In this document: piece by piece, positions 48,679 to 59,668 of the stretch
Numbering within the stretch: position 1 is the stretch's first letter
Layout: each line of letters opens with the position of its first letter
Source: Polyangiaceae bacterium
GTDB lineage: Bacteria > Myxococcota_A > Polyangia > Polyangiales > Polyangiaceae
Length of the DNA stretch: 60,381 nt
Assembly (NCBI GenBank): GCA_035063585.1
Contig: JAPSGB010000029.1
Coordinates: 1 to 60,381 of the forward strand
Direction of reading: 5' to 3'
Notes under the pieces: model-generated
Seen by the model: the letters and a program-made list of their open reading frames with translations, nothing else
Told to the model about the DNA's origin: nothing
Databases searched by the model: none
Translations under genes and position numbers: made by a program

Positions 48679-49997
48679 TGGAGCTCGAAGGCAAGCGCGT
48701 CGTGGTGGTGGGGCTCGGGCGGAGCGGAGTTTCTGCCGCTCGCCTCTGCCGCGCGCGCGGCGCGGAGGTCGTGGCGACCGATTCCGCGCCGGACCGGCAA
48801 CTCTCTCCCGAGGCTCGCGCGCTCGACGTGACCTTGGTCGCCGGGGGGCACCAGGGTGTCCGCTTCGAGGAGGCGGACCTCATCGTCGTGTCGCCCGGGG
48901 TGCCCACCTTCGCGGAGCTCGCCGCCGCCGAGGCGGCCGGGGTCCCGGTCATCGGCGAGCTCGAGCTCGCCGGTCGCCTGGTCACCGCGCCCATCGTGCT
49001 CATCGGTGGGACCAACGGAAAGAGCACCACCACCACCCTCGCGGCGCGGCTCCTCGAGGCGGCGGGCGCGCGGGTGTTCGCCGGCGGCAACCTCGGCACG
49101 CCGCTCTCCGAGGCGGTGGGCGGGGACTACGACGTCTTGGTGGTCGAGGCGTCGAGCTTCCAGCTCGAGCGCGTTCCTACGCTCCACGCGCACGTCAACG
49201 TGCTGCTCAACATCACCGAGGATCACCTCGATCGCTACTCGTCCTTCGATGAGTACGCGCGGGCCAAGGGCAATGGGTTCGTGAGCCAGACCGCGGGCGA
49301 CGTCGCGATCATTCCGGCGGGCGACGCGCTCTGCGCGCGCGAGGCCGGGCGCGGCCGCGCGCGCGTGGTGACCTTCGGCGAGGGCGGCGATTTCACGGTG
49401 GATGGCGACGAGGTCGTCGAAGGCGGCACCCGCTACTCTCTCGCGCAGAGCGAGCTTCACGGACGGCACAACTACTCGAACGCGGCGGCGGCCATAGCCG
49501 CGGCCCGTGCGCTTCGGACGCCGCCCGAGCTCATCGAGGTCGGGCTCGCCCGCTTCCACCCGCTCGCGCACCGAATGGCGCTCGCGGGGGTCGTCCGCGG
49601 GATCCGCTTCTATGACGACTCGAAGGGCACCAACGTGGGCGCCGCCGTGACTGCGCTCACCGGGCTCGCCGAGCCTCGCGCGGTGCTCATCGCCGGCGGC
49701 CGCGACAAGCTCGGTGCGTACGAGCCGCTCGTGGAGGCGCTCGCGCGTCACGGTCGCGCCGCCGTGCTCATCGGCGAAGCGACCGAGCGGATCGCGAGCG
49801 CCATCGGCGATCGCCTGCCGGTGCGGCGCGCGGCCGACCTCACCGAGGCGGTGCGCCTCGCGCTCGAGCTCGCCGAGCCGGGAGACGCCGTGCTGCTCAG
49901 CCCGGCGTGCTCGAGCTTCGACATGTTCGCGAGCTACGCCGAGCGCGGAGAGCGCTTCGTCGCCGCGGTCCGAGAGCTCGCGGAGGTGGCCTCGTGA
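48678..49997 (+). CDS. murD: UDP-MurNAc-L-Ala-D-Glu ligase
   Basis: 'GLGRSG', 'GTNGKSTT', 'EASSFQL', 'DHLDRY', 'DDSKGTN', 'LSPACSSFD'. Confidence 0.97.
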   Translation: MELEGKRVVVVGLGRSGVSAARLCRARGAEVVATDSAPDRQLSPEARALDVTLVAGGHQGVRFEEADLIVVSPGVPTFAELAAAEAAGVPVIGELELAGRLVTAPIVLIGGTNGKSTTTTLAARLLEAAGARVFAGGNLGTPLSEAVGGDYDVLVVEASSFQLERVPTLHAHVNVLLNITEDHLDRYSSFDEYARAKGNGFVSQTAGDVAIIPAGDALCAREAGRGRARVVTFGEGGDFTVDGDEVVEGGTRYSLAQSELHGRHNYSNAAAAIAAARALRTPPELIEVGLARFHPLAHRMALAGVVRGIRFYDDSKGTNVGAAVTALTGLAEPRAVLIAGGRDKLGAYEPLVEALARHGRAAVLIGEATERIASAIGDRLPVRRAADLTEAVRLALELAEPGDAVLLSPACSSFDMFASYAERGERFVAAVRELAEVAS

Positions 49998-51271
49998 AGC
50001 AGCTCGCCAAGCTCTGGGCGCCTTCGCCGCGCAGCGGCCCGGTCGACGTGGTGCTCGCCGCCATCGTCATCGCGCTGCTCGGCTTCGGCGTGGTGATGGT
50101 CTACAGCTCGAGCGTCATCGAAGCGACCGAGGTGTTCCGCGATCCGCAGTACTTCCTCAAGCGTCAGGCCGTGTACGCCGGGCTCGGCATGGTGGTCATG
50201 TTCGCCATGTCGCGCTTCGACTATCACAAGCTGAGAGCGTTCACGTATCCGATCCTCGCGGGCGTGACCGTGCTGCTCGTGCTCAGCATCGTCGGCTTCG
50301 GCCACACCGGCGGCGGCGCGACCCGCTGGCTCAAGCTCGGCCCGGTCAACCTGCAGCCGTCCGAGCTCGCCAAGGTCGGGCTCGTGCTCTGGCTCGCCTA
50401 CTCGCTCGACAAGAAGGGCGAGAAGGTGAAGAGCTTCTCGGTCGGGATGCTCCCGCACGTCATCATCTCCGGCATGCTGGTGCTCTTGTGCCTGAAGCAG
50501 CCGGACTTCGGCGGCGCGGTGGTGCTGCTATTTCTCACCTTCACCATGCTGTTCGTGGCGGGGGCGCGCTTCGAGTTTCTGCTGGGCGGCGCCATCATCG
50601 GCTCGCTCGGCGCGTACGTGCTGGTGCGCTTCAAGGAGTACCGCTGGGAGCGCATGGTCGCGTGGCTCAATATGTCCGAGCACCGCCAGGACCTCGCGTA
50701 TCAGCCCTTCCAGTCGGTGATGAGCTTCGGCTCGGGTGAGCTCACCGGGCTCGGCCTCGGCAAGGGGCTCCAAGTCCTCTACCTGCCCGAGGCGCACACC
50801 GATTTCATCTCGGCGATCATCGGTGAGGAGCTCGGGTTCATCGGGATCCTCGCGCTCGCAGGCGTCTATCTCTGGATCGTGATCCGCGGGGTGCGAGCCG
50901 CGCTGTCGGCCGAGGACGACTACGGATCCTTCGTCGCGTTCGGGCTCTCCGTGCTCTTCGGCGTCCAGGCGCTCGTGAACATGGGTGTCGCCATGAGCGT
51001 CTTGCCGACCAAGGGGCTCACGCTGCCCTTCGTCAGCTACGGCGGCTCGTCGCTCATGGCGAACGCGGTCGCCATGGGCATCCTCCTCAACATCTCTCGC
51101 TCTCGCGCCCCCGCGACCAACGCCCGCCGCGCCGGGGCGGGGTCCGGGCCGGAGCCGGAGGCCAGCGCGGTGTTGGTCACCGAGGCAGCGTTCGCTCCCG
51201 AGCGTCCGCGGAAGCAGGCCAAGCGGGCGGGCGAGCCCGAGCCGAACGTCAGCGTGCCGGAGGGGGCATGA
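49994..51271 (+). CDS. ftsW: SEDS peptidoglycan polymerase FtsW
   Basis: 'GATRW', 'QPSELAK', 'QPDFG', 'LPEAHTDFI', 'KGLTLPFVSYGGSS'. Confidence 0.96.
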   Translation: MKQLAKLWAPSPRSGPVDVVLAAIVIALLGFGVVMVYSSSVIEATEVFRDPQYFLKRQAVYAGLGMVVMFAMSRFDYHKLRAFTYPILAGVTVLLVLSIVGFGHTGGGATRWLKLGPVNLQPSELAKVGLVLWLAYSLDKKGEKVKSFSVGMLPHVIISGMLVLLCLKQPDFGGAVVLLFLTFTMLFVAGARFEFLLGGAIIGSLGAYVLVRFKEYRWERMVAWLNMSEHRQDLAYQPFQSVMSFGSGELTGLGLGKGLQVLYLPEAHTDFISAIIGEELGFIGILALAGVYLWIVIRGVRAALSAEDDYGSFVAFGLSVLFGVQALVNMGVAMSVLPTKGLTLPFVSYGGSSLMANAVAMGILLNISRSRAPATNARRAGAGSGPEPEASAVLVTEAAFAPERPRKQAKRAGEPEPNVSVPEGA

Positions 51272-52410
51272 GCGCGACCATCCTCCTCGCGGGCGGCGGC
51301 ACCGGCGGCCACGTGTTCCCGATGATCGCGGTCGCCGATGCGCTCCGCCGGCTCGAGCCCACGCTCGCGCTCGTGTTCGTCGGGACGGAGCGAGGGATCG
51401 AGACGCGGGTGGTGCCCGAGCGCGGGTACCCGCTCGAGCTCATGCGCGTGCTGCCGATCCGAGGCGGCGGTGTGGGCGGCGCGCTGCGCGGGGTGTCACG
51501 CGCGCTCGGCGCGGTCCCTGAGGCGCGCGCGCTCTTGCGCCGTCACGCGCCCGGTGCCGTCTTCTCCATCGGTGGATACGCCGCCGGGCCCATCGCGCTC
51601 GCCGCGCGCACGCTCGGCGTGCCCCTCGCGCTGATGGAGCCGAACGCGGTCATCGGCCTCGCCAACCGGCTGACCGCGCCCATCGTGACCCGCGCCTACA
51701 CGGCGTTCCCCGAGCCCGAGCGGCACTTCGCCGAGCGCAAGGTGCTGAGGAGCGGGGTGCCGATCCGTGACGGCTTCGACGCGCGTCCGTACTCGAGGAG
51801 CGGGGGCCCGCTCCGGGTGCTGGTGCTCGGCGGCAGCCAGGGCGCCCAGGCGCTCAATGAGGCCGTCCCCGGCGCGCTCGCGCATCTCCGAACCGAGCTA
51901 GCGATCACCCATCAGGCCGGACCCGCGCACGGCGACGCGGTGCGCGCTCGCTACCGCGGACGCGCCGAGGTCGTGTCGTTCATCGAGGACATGCCTGCCG
52001 CGCTCGCGGCGGCTGACTTGGTGGTGGGCCGGTCCGGCGCGAGCGCCGTCGCGGAGATCTGCGCGGTCGGTCGCCCGAGCGTGCTCGTGCCCTATCCGTT
52101 CGCCGCGGGAGATCACCAGCGTAAGAACGCCGAGTCGCTCGCGGCGGCCGGGGCGGCGGTGTGTGTCCCGGCGTCCGAGGCGACCCCCGCGCGGCTCGCC
52201 AGTGAGATCGATCGCCTGGCCGAGACGCCTGGCGCGCTCGAGGCGATGGCGACGGCGGCCGAGCGCGTGGGCCGGCCACAGGCGGCGCTCGCGGTCGCGC
52301 GGGATCTCCTCGCGCTCGCCGGCCTCGAGCTCGGTGCGCCTCGCGCGGCGGCGGCGAGCGAGCCCGAGTCTCGTGACGGCGGGCCGCTCGCGTCGGAGGG
52401 AGCCAGCTGA
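51268..52410 (+). CDS. murG: Lipid II GlcNAc transferase
   Basis: 'GGGTGGHVFP', 'GGY', 'GGSQGA', 'RSGAS', 'HQRKNA'. Confidence 0.97.
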   Translation: MSATILLAGGGTGGHVFPMIAVADALRRLEPTLALVFVGTERGIETRVVPERGYPLELMRVLPIRGGGVGGALRGVSRALGAVPEARALLRRHAPGAVFSIGGYAAGPIALAARTLGVPLALMEPNAVIGLANRLTAPIVTRAYTAFPEPERHFAERKVLRSGVPIRDGFDARPYSRSGGPLRVLVLGGSQGAQALNEAVPGALAHLRTELAITHQAGPAHGDAVRARYRGRAEVVSFIEDMPAALAAADLVVGRSGASAVAEICAVGRPSVLVPYPFAAGDHQRKNAESLAAAGAAVCVPASEATPARLASEIDRLAETPGALEAMATAAERVGRPQAALAVARDLLALAGLELGAPRAAAASEPESRDGGPLASEGAS

Positions 52411-53804
52411 TGTTCCGCGGGCGCGTTCGCCACGTGCACTTCATCGGTGTCGGCGGGATCGGCATGAGCGGGCTCGCCGAGATCCTGCGCACCCTCGATT
52501 TCGACGTCTCCGGCTCCGATCTGCGAGAGGCGGACACCACGCGCCGGCTGGCGCGGCTCGGCGTGACGATTCACCTCGGGCACCGCGCCGAGAACGTGCG
52601 TGGTGCCGACGTGGTCGTGTACTCGAGCGCCATCGGTGACGAGAACCCCGAGGTCGCCATGGCGAAGGAGCTCGGGATCCCGGTCATCCCGCGCGCCGAG
52701 ATGCTCGCGGAGCTGATGCGCGTAAAATACGGGGTCGCGATCGCAGGCTCGCACGGCAAGACCACGACCACCTCGCTGGTCGCGACCGTGCTCAGCGCGG
52801 CGGGCTTCGACCCGACCGTGGTGGTTGGCGGTCGCATGGCGGCGCTCGGCACCAACGCGCGGCTCGGCGGCGGCGACCTGCTGGTCGCGGAGGCGGACGA
52901 GAGCGACGGCTCCTTCTTGCGGCTGACCCCGACCATCGCGGCCATCACCAACATCGATCCCGAACACCTCGACTACTACGGCACCGAGGAGGCGCTCATC
53001 GAGGCCTTCGTGGAGTTCGCGGAGAAGGTCCCCTTCTACGGGCTCGCGGTGCTGTGTCTGGATCATCCGGTGGTCCAGCGCCTGTTGCCGCGCGTGCGTC
53101 GACGCCATGTCACCTACGGGCTCTCACCGCAAGCCGACTACTCGGCGCGCAACCTCGTCTATCGCGGGATCGAGACGAGCTTCATGGGGTATCGCCGCGG
53201 CGATCTCCTCGGTGAGTTCACCGTGCGGATGCCGGGGCAGCACAACGTGCAGAATTGCCTGGCGGTCCTCGCCATCGCCGACGAGCTCGAGGTGCCGATA
53301 GACGTGGCGAAGGACGCGCTCGCCCACTTCCACGGCGTGGCGCGGCGCTTCTCGGTCGTAGCCGAGATCGACGGGGTGACGCTGGTCGACGACTACGGCC
53401 ATCACCCCGCCGAGATCCGCGCCACCCTGGCGGCGGCCAGGCGCGCCTACGACCAGCGGGTGCTGGTGGCGTTCCAGCCGCACCGCTTCACTCGCACGAG
53501 CCTGCTGTTCGACGAGTTCACCCGTGCCTTCAACGACGCGGACGTGGTCTTCGTGGCTGACATCTACGCGGCCGGCGAGAAGCCCATCGGGGGGGTGAGC
53601 GCCGAGGCGCTCGCGCGCGCCATCGCGGAGCACGGCCACCGCGCCGCGCACTACGTGGCGGATCGAGCCGCCCTCTCGGCCGAGCTCGCGCAGACCGCGC
53701 GCCCGGGAGACGTCGTCATCGCGCTCGGTGCCGGTGACATCAACAGGATCCTGCCGGAGGTCGGCGCGGCCATCGCGGCGCGCGCCGCGGAGGAGGGTCG
53801 GTGA
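52410..53804 (+). CDS. murC: UDP-MurNAc-L-Ala ligase
   Basis: 'GVGGIGMSGLA', 'AGSHGKTTTT', 'EADESD', 'DDYGHHPAEI', 'FQPHRF'. Confidence 0.97.
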   Translation: MFRGRVRHVHFIGVGGIGMSGLAEILRTLDFDVSGSDLREADTTRRLARLGVTIHLGHRAENVRGADVVVYSSAIGDENPEVAMAKELGIPVIPRAEMLAELMRVKYGVAIAGSHGKTTTTSLVATVLSAAGFDPTVVVGGRMAALGTNARLGGGDLLVAEADESDGSFLRLTPTIAAITNIDPEHLDYYGTEEALIEAFVEFAEKVPFYGLAVLCLDHPVVQRLLPRVRRRHVTYGLSPQADYSARNLVYRGIETSFMGYRRGDLLGEFTVRMPGQHNVQNCLAVLAIADELEVPIDVAKDALAHFHGVARRFSVVAEIDGVTLVDDYGHHPAEIRATLAAARRAYDQRVLVAFQPHRFTRTSLLFDEFTRAFNDADVVFVADIYAAGEKPIGGVSAEALARAIAEHGHRAAHYVADRAALSAELAQTARPGDVVIALGAGDINRILPEVGAAIAARAAEEGR

Positions 53805-54718
53805 GCGCGAAGCGACGACAGGGCTCGACGGTGACGGCGCCCGCCGAGCGCATGTACAGCCCCGAAGAGAGCCCGACGCCCGCGCCCGTCTCGGGGCGAC
53901 CGCGGGCGAAGTCGCGGGGCGCGCGCGCCCCGAGCGGGGGCGGCGATTCGTCGCGCGGGTGGGCGATCTCCTTGTGGTCGGGGGTGAAGCTCGCCTCCGG
54001 GCTCGCGGTGGTCGTCGCGGCGTCGCTGGCGGTGGCCTGGGGGGCGCACCGCTACGCGCTCACCACGCCGCGGTTCGCCATTCACCAAATCGACGTGCGA
54101 GGTGGCCGTCGCCTCGACTCGACCCAGGTCGCGCGGCAGGCCGGCGTGAAGCCCGGCGAGAACATCTTCGCGCTGGACACCGCGCTCGCCGAGAAGCGGC
54201 TGCTCGAGGACCCCTGGGTCGAGCAGGTGAAGATCACGCGGCAGCTCCCGACCACGTTGCGGGTCGAGCTGGTCGAACGCGAGGCGGGCGCCGTCGCGTC
54301 GATCGGCGGCGAGCTCTACCTCGTGACTCGCACCGGGGAGCCGTTCAAGGCGCTCGAGCCGGGCGACCCCTTCGATCTGCCGGTCATCACCGGGCTCTCC
54401 GCCGCGAACCTGGCGCGGGACCGCGCGCGAGAGATCGAGCGCATCGCGCGCGCGCTCGACGTCCTCAAGAACTACGACCGCGTACCCATGAGCCGGGTGC
54501 ACGCCGCGGAGGAGGTCCACCTGGCCGACGGCGGTGACGTGACCCTCACGGTCGGCAAGGCGGCCATCGTGCTCGCGCTCGGACAAGGGCCCTGGCACAA
54601 GAAGCTGACCATGGCCGCCGAGATCGTCGGGCGGCTCGCCGCGAAGGGCCGCACGCCCGGCATCGTGTTCCTCGACAACGACGCGCGCCCGGACCGCGTC
54701 GTGGTGAGGATGCGCTGA
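53801..54718 (+). CDS. ftsQ: Cell division protein FtsQ
   Basis: TM plus POTRA 'PRFAIHQIDVRG...NIF...DPWV...RQLPTTLRVELVER'. Confidence 0.92.
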   Translation: MSAKRRQGSTVTAPAERMYSPEESPTPAPVSGRPRAKSRGARAPSGGGDSSRGWAISLWSGVKLASGLAVVVAASLAVAWGAHRYALTTPRFAIHQIDVRGGRRLDSTQVARQAGVKPGENIFALDTALAEKRLLEDPWVEQVKITRQLPTTLRVELVEREAGAVASIGGELYLVTRTGEPFKALEPGDPFDLPVITGLSAANLARDRAREIERIARALDVLKNYDRVPMSRVHAAEEVHLADGGDVTLTVGKAAIVLALGQGPWHKKLTMAAEIVGRLAAKGRTPGIVFLDNDARPDRVVVRMR

Positions 54719-54888
54719 TGGCTCGCGCCGCGCGTGCGCGCGAGGGTGTGCGTCGTCTGGCGCGGCTGCGCGCCGAACCGACCCCCCAAGGGCCGCCCCC
54801 CGTGCCCCGGAGAGGCCTGAAACCGCTCGTGAAAACTTGGCCCCGCCACAGGCCAAATGGCAGCGTCGACGTCGCCGGAACCTGAGAC

Positions 54889-56154
54889 ATGATGTACGCG
54901 ATTAGCACCCCCGAGATCGTCGTTGGGCTCGACTTGGGCACCACCAAGGTGAGCGCCGTGGTGGGCGAGGTCGATGCCGACGGGATCACCATCTTGGGCG
55001 TTGGCAACGTGCCTTGCCGCGGTCTGCGCAAGGGCGTGGTCAGCAACATCGAGTGGACGGTGCGCTCGATTCGCGAGGCGATCGACGCCGCGCAGACCAT
55101 GGCAGGCGTCGAGATCAAGACCGTCTACGCGGGGGTGGCGGGGAGCCACATCCGGGGGCAGGTCTCCGACGGGGTCTGCGCGATCAGCGGTCGTGAGGTG
55201 ACTCGAAGCGATCTCGATCGCGTGCTCGAGGGCGCGCGCGCCATCCCGGTGGACGCGGATCGTATGATCTTGCACGCCCTGCCGCGCGAGTACGTGGTCG
55301 ACAATCAAGACGGGATCCGCGATCCCATCGGGATGAGCGGCGTGCGCCTGCAGGTTCGCGTGAACCTGGTGACGGCGGCCACCAGCTGCCTGCAGAACGT
55401 CGTGCGCTGCGTCGAGCGCTGCGGCTTGCAGGTGGCGGACGTGGTGCTCGAGCCGCTCGCCAGCGGAGACGCGGTGCTCTCCGAGGATGAGAAAGAGATC
55501 GGCGTCTCGGTCATCGACATCGGGGGCGGCACCACCGATCTCATCCTCTATGCAGACGGCGGGATCGCGCACACCAGCGTCATCCCCGCGGGCGGCAACA
55601 ACATCACGAGCGACGTGGCGGCGGGTCTTCGGACCCCGGTCGCAGAGGCAGAGCGGCTCAAGCGCAACTACGGCTGCGCCCTCGGTCGCATGATCGCGGA
55701 CGATGAGGAGATCGAGGTGCCGGGCGTGGGCGGACACCCGCCGCGGCGCGCGGCGCGGCGTCTGCTGAGCGACATCATCGAGCCTCGCGTCGAGGAGATC
55801 TTCAGCGAGGCGCGCCGCCGCATCGAGGAGACCGGGCTGCTCGACCAGGTGTCGAGCGGCTGCGTGCTCACCGGTGGCGCGGCGCTGATGGAAGGCATGG
55901 TCGAGTGCGCCGAGGAGATCCTCGGGATGCCGGTGCGGCTCGGGTACCCGATCGGAGTGAAGGGTCTCGTGCAGCTCGTGCAGGGGCCGCAGTACGCGAC
56001 CGGGGTCGGACTGGTGCGCTACGGCGCGCAGGCGCTCGCGGACGCGCAGCACCGCCGCGGGGACCAACCGACGACGGCCGCCGCGCCGGCCCTGCCGGGC
56101 GAGGGGCTCGAGGGCAAGAGTGGATTCTTCCGCTGGTTGAAGGCCGCATTCTAG
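54889..56154 (+). CDS. ftsA: Cell division protein FtsA
   Basis: 'GLDLGTTKV', 'GLRKGVV', 'DIGGGTTD', 'VLTGG', amphipathic C-terminus 'FFRWLKAAF'. Confidence 0.97.
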   Translation: MMYAISTPEIVVGLDLGTTKVSAVVGEVDADGITILGVGNVPCRGLRKGVVSNIEWTVRSIREAIDAAQTMAGVEIKTVYAGVAGSHIRGQVSDGVCAISGREVTRSDLDRVLEGARAIPVDADRMILHALPREYVVDNQDGIRDPIGMSGVRLQVRVNLVTAATSCLQNVVRCVERCGLQVADVVLEPLASGDAVLSEDEKEIGVSVIDIGGGTTDLILYADGGIAHTSVIPAGGNNITSDVAAGLRTPVAEAERLKRNYGCALGRMIADDEEIEVPGVGGHPPRRAARRLLSDIIEPRVEEIFSEARRRIEETGLLDQVSSGCVLTGGAALMEGMVECAEEILGMPVRLGYPIGVKGLVQLVQGPQYATGVGLVRYGAQALADAQHRRGDQPTTAAAPALPGEGLEGKSGFFRWLKAAF

Positions 56155-56286
56155 GCCGGATCGAGCGAGACGAGATACCGAGGGATACCAAGCAAGAGAC
56201 ACGTCGAGACGCGCGCAGAGCTTCGAGGACGGGGTGTGGCAGCCCCAGGAGTTCTCGCACGCGGCTCGACATCGGGAGGCACGACG

Positions 56287-57525
56287 ATGAGTTTTTCGAT
56301 CGAGTTCGCCGATGAATCGGCGGCGTACCAGGCAAGAATCAAGGTGATCGGGGTCGGGGGCTCTGGCGGCAACGCCATCAACACCATGATCCACTTCGGC
56401 CTGGAGGGCGTCGAGTTCATCACGGTGAACACCGACGCGCAGGCGCTGAACGCCAACCTCGCGGCGGAGAAGATCCCGATTGGCGGGAGCGTCACCCGCG
56501 GGCTCGGCGCTGGCGCCGACCCGGAGCGTGGGCGCAAGGCCGCGCTCGAGGACGTGACTCGGCTGAAGGAGGTGCTCGAGGGCGCCGACATGGTGTTCGT
56601 CACCGCCGGGATGGGCGGCGGCACCGGTACCGGCGCAGCCCCCGTGATCGCTCAGATCGCCCGCGAGGCTGGCGCGCTCACGGTTGGCGTGGTGACCAAA
56701 CCGTTCGTCTTCGAGGGGCGGCAGCGCACTCGCCGGGCTCAGCAGGGGCTCGCACAGCTCGCGGAGCACGTGGACACGCTCATCACCATCCCGAACGAGA
56801 AGCTCATGATGCTCGCCGACGACGAGCTCACCTTCGTGGAGGCATTCCGCAAGGCGGACGAGGTGCTCTACCAGGCGGTCAAGGGCATCAGCGACCTCAT
56901 CACGCTCGACGGGATCGTCAACGTCGACTTCGCCGACGTCCGCACCGTCATGAGCGGCATGGGTCGAGCGCTCATGGGCACCGGCTGCGCCAAGGGTGAG
57001 GGCCGCGCGCGCCTCGCCGCCGAGCAGGCGGTGACCTCCCCGCTCCTCGACAACATCTCGGTCGAGGGCGCGACCGGCGTGCTCATCAACGTGGTCGGCG
57101 GACCGGACATGAAGATGACGGAGATCCGCGATGCGGCGAGCCTGATCCAGGAGCAAGCGCACGAAGACGCCAACATCATCTTCGGCGCGAGCATCGACGA
57201 GAGCATGGCCGACGCGATCAAGGTAACCGTGATCGCCACCGGGTTCGACCGCCACGAAGACGAGATCGCCGTCGAGGCGGCGCGCGAGGCGCGGCGTCCC
57301 GCGGCGGCGCACCGGGAGAGCCTCGTGCCGGCGACGACGCGCGCGGGAGCCCCCGCGCCTGCGTACAGCACGCGCCGGCCAGCGGCGAGCGCGGCGAGCC
57401 TGCAGGCGTCGGCGCCGCGCGAGGCACCCTCCTCGCTCCCGCCGGTGCGTGACCGCATCGCGTTCCCGTCGAACGTCGACACCGACTGGGATACGCCGGC
57501 GTTCCAGCGCCGCCAGAACGGCTGA
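56287..57525 (+). CDS. ftsZ: Cell division protein FtsZ
   Basis: GGAGG SD; 'GMGGGTGTG', 'NVDFAD', C-terminal peptide 'WDTPAFQRR'. Confidence 0.98.
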   Translation: MSFSIEFADESAAYQARIKVIGVGGSGGNAINTMIHFGLEGVEFITVNTDAQALNANLAAEKIPIGGSVTRGLGAGADPERGRKAALEDVTRLKEVLEGADMVFVTAGMGGGTGTGAAPVIAQIAREAGALTVGVVTKPFVFEGRQRTRRAQQGLAQLAEHVDTLITIPNEKLMMLADDELTFVEAFRKADEVLYQAVKGISDLITLDGIVNVDFADVRTVMSGMGRALMGTGCAKGEGRARLAAEQAVTSPLLDNISVEGATGVLINVVGGPDMKMTEIRDAASLIQEQAHEDANIIFGASIDESMADAIKVTVIATGFDRHEDEIAVEAAREARRPAAAHRESLVPATTRAGAPAPAYSTRRPAASAASLQASAPREAPSSLPPVRDRIAFPSNVDTDWDTPAFQRRQNG

Positions 57526-57607
57526 CGTCTCCCCGTCTCTCTGCGACCCTCGGTATGTTGCTCGGCCCCGTCCTCCTCGCGAGGGCGGGGCCGGATGCAT
57601 TTCGGCG

Positions 57608-58486
57608 TCAGCGCGCGCGGTGCAGATCGATGACGCGTGCGCCCCCGCGGGGCCCCGGATCGATCGGGGGCAGGGCGAGCACCAGCCGCTCGATCAAAGG
57701 TAGCGCGCGGAGCGCCGCGGCCTCTGCGTGGAGCTCCGAGAAGGTCCCGTCGAAGACCAAGAGCAGGCGGTAAATCGAAGCAAACGAGCGCACCACCAGC
57801 CCGAGCGCGGCGTCGCGCACGAGCAGATCCTGCGGTGGCTCGGGCTCGGCGCGGAGCGCCGCGATGGCGTGCGCGGTGAGCAGGTGGTGCCGCCAGGCGG
57901 AGCCGCTCCGGCGGCTCTCGTTCCGGATGCGCTCCACGTCTTCCGCCAGGAAATGCGCCGTGCTCCGGTCGACCCCGCGCTCGGCGAGGAGCGCGGCCGG
58001 GTCGTCGCGCTCGAGCAGGCCGGCGAGGTCGACTCCCGCGCGTGCCGCCTGCTCCGCCGCCCGCGCGGTGTGGAGGGCGGTCTCGACGTCGTCTTCGTGA
58101 CGGCGAGCGCCGGAGGTCCCCCAAATCACGGGCGACTGCGTGTCGATGACGACCGCGCGGACGGCGCCGGCGCGATCGGCCAGCGACTCGAGCTCGTCGT
58201 CGAGCCGGCGCGAGGCGAGCTCGTGACGATCGCCCGGGGCGTCGAAGTCGATGACGCCGAGGCCTCCCACGAAGGAGCGAGCAAACGCCTCGAGGTGCGC
58301 TCGAAGCTGCTCGCGGTCGGCCGGCGGGGCCTCGAAGCTCGCGACCAGCCGATGGTCGTCGCCGAGGCTGCAGAAGATCTCGCGCTCCGACGAGGGCTCG
58401 CGTCCGCCGATTTCGACGCGCACGTCATCGGCCGGCAGCTCCCGGCGGACGAGCTCGAGCAACCTGAGCAGTGCCCCGACGCGCAT
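57608..58486 (-). CDS. Hypothetical protein
   Basis: Coding-like frame from ATG 'MRVGALLRLLELV'; no motif recognised. Confidence 0.7.
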   Translation of the reverse strand: MRVGALLRLLELVRRELPADDVRVEIGGREPSSEREIFCSLGDDHRLVASFEAPPADREQLRAHLEAFARSFVGGLGVIDFDAPGDRHELASRRLDDELESLADRAGAVRAVVIDTQSPVIWGTSGARRHEDDVETALHTARAAEQAARAGVDLAGLLERDDPAALLAERGVDRSTAHFLAEDVERIRNESRRSGSAWRHHLLTAHAIAALRAEPEPPQDLLVRDAALGLVVRSFASIYRLLLVFDGTFSELHAEAAALRALPLIERLVLALPPIDPGPRGGARVIDLHRAR

Positions 58487-58633
58487 CGCGACACCGTGGT
58501 ACTTGGTTTGTACCCCCGCACCAAGGCTCTTCGCGAGGCGACGGGTCCGTGCGGGAGCTGGGCCGAGCGTCACGCGCGGCGAGGCTCGATCCGACTGGAT
58601 CTTCCCGGCGCGGTTTGGCAGCATCCCCGCACC

Positions 58634-59587
58634 ATGCGAGCTGGGAGCGAAGAGGGGAGCCGGGCGTCCGGGGGTGGCTCGGGCGGTGGATTCGGCGCGC
58701 CGCCCGGCGGATACGGCGCGCCGCCCGGCGGATTCGGCGCGCCGCCCGGTGGATTCGGCGCTCCGCCCGGCGGATACGGCGCGCCGCCCGGCGGATACGG
58801 CGCGCCGCCCGGCGGATACGGCGCGCCGCCCGGCGGAGGCGGGTTCGTCCCGCCGCCCGGCGGGTTCAGGGCTCCGGGTTCGCCGCTCGGCGCGCCGAGC
58901 TCGGGCCCATGGACCCCGACGGACCCCATCAGTTTTGCCTGGGGGCTGGTGACCGGGCGCTTCGTCGAGGTCGCGCTCCCGCTCGCGGTCGGCGGCTTCG
59001 TGATGTCGATGCCGGGCGCCTTGGCGAGCTATCTGCAGTCGTTCCTGATGCAGCTGGGGCTTGGGACGGGAGCCTTGGGCCCCGACTCCGCGCTCCTCGT
59101 GAGCGCCGTGACGACGCCCGTCGTGATGGTCATCGGCGCGATCGCGCAAGCCTACATGATGACGGGCATGTTCGCCTTCTGCCTCGACGTCACGCGCGGG
59201 AAGACCCCGGACTTCGGGGCCATCTTCGCGGGAGGCCCCGGCTTCCTGTCGCTCCTGGGCGCTACCTTGCTCGTGCAGATTGGCACGACCATCGGCGTCT
59301 TCTTGTGCATCGTGCCGGGGATCATCTTCGCGCTCGGCATGCTCATTCACCCGCTCGTGATCGTCGATCGAGGCCTCGGCGCGATCGACGCGCTGAAGGA
59401 GAGCTGGGGGATGACGCACGGCCACAAGGCGACGCTGTTCATCTACGCCTTGGCCATGTTCGTCGTGTTCCTCGGCGGCGTCATCGCCTGCTGCTTGGGC
59501 GCGGCGCTGATCTCGCTGCCCATGTGGTTCTTGGGGCTCACTTACATCTATGAGCGGCTGAGCGCCGAGACGCGGGTTTCCGCCTGA
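58634..59587 (+). CDS. Membrane protein with N-terminal (GG[Y/F]GAPP)7 low-complexity domain
   Basis: Pro/Gly repeats, then several TM helices with 'LCIVPGI', 'DALKESW', 'CCLG'. Confidence 0.85.
   Translation: MRAGSEEGSRASGGGSGGGFGAPPGGYGAPPGGFGAPPGGFGAPPGGYGAPPGGYGAPPGGYGAPPGGGGFVPPPGGFRAPGSPLGAPSSGPWTPTDPISFAWGLVTGRFVEVALPLAVGGFVMSMPGALASYLQSFLMQLGLGTGALGPDSALLVSAVTTPVVMVIGAIAQAYMMTGMFAFCLDVTRGKTPDFGAIFAGGPGFLSLLGATLLVQIGTTIGVFLCIVPGIIFALGMLIHPLVIVDRGLGAIDALKESWGMTHGHKATLFIYALAMFVVFLGGVIACCLGAALISLPMWFLGLTYIYERLSAETRVSA
58685..58831 (+). repeat. 7 x 21-bp coding tandem repeat
   Basis: gg(c/t)ggat(a/t)cggcgc(g/t)ccgccc units. Confidence 0.95.
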
Positions 59588-59610
59588 AGCGCGCCGGGGC
59601 TCGCGGCCGC

Positions 59611-59638
59611 TTGACACCGGCGCCGGGGCACATACTGT
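59611..59638 (+). promoter_or_regulatory. Sigma70-like promoter TTGACA-16-TACTGT
   Basis: Motif match upstream of a GAGGAG SD and ATG at 59669. Confidence 0.6.
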
Positions 59639-59668
59639 TCTTCTGCTCGAAGCGAGCAAGTGAGGAGA

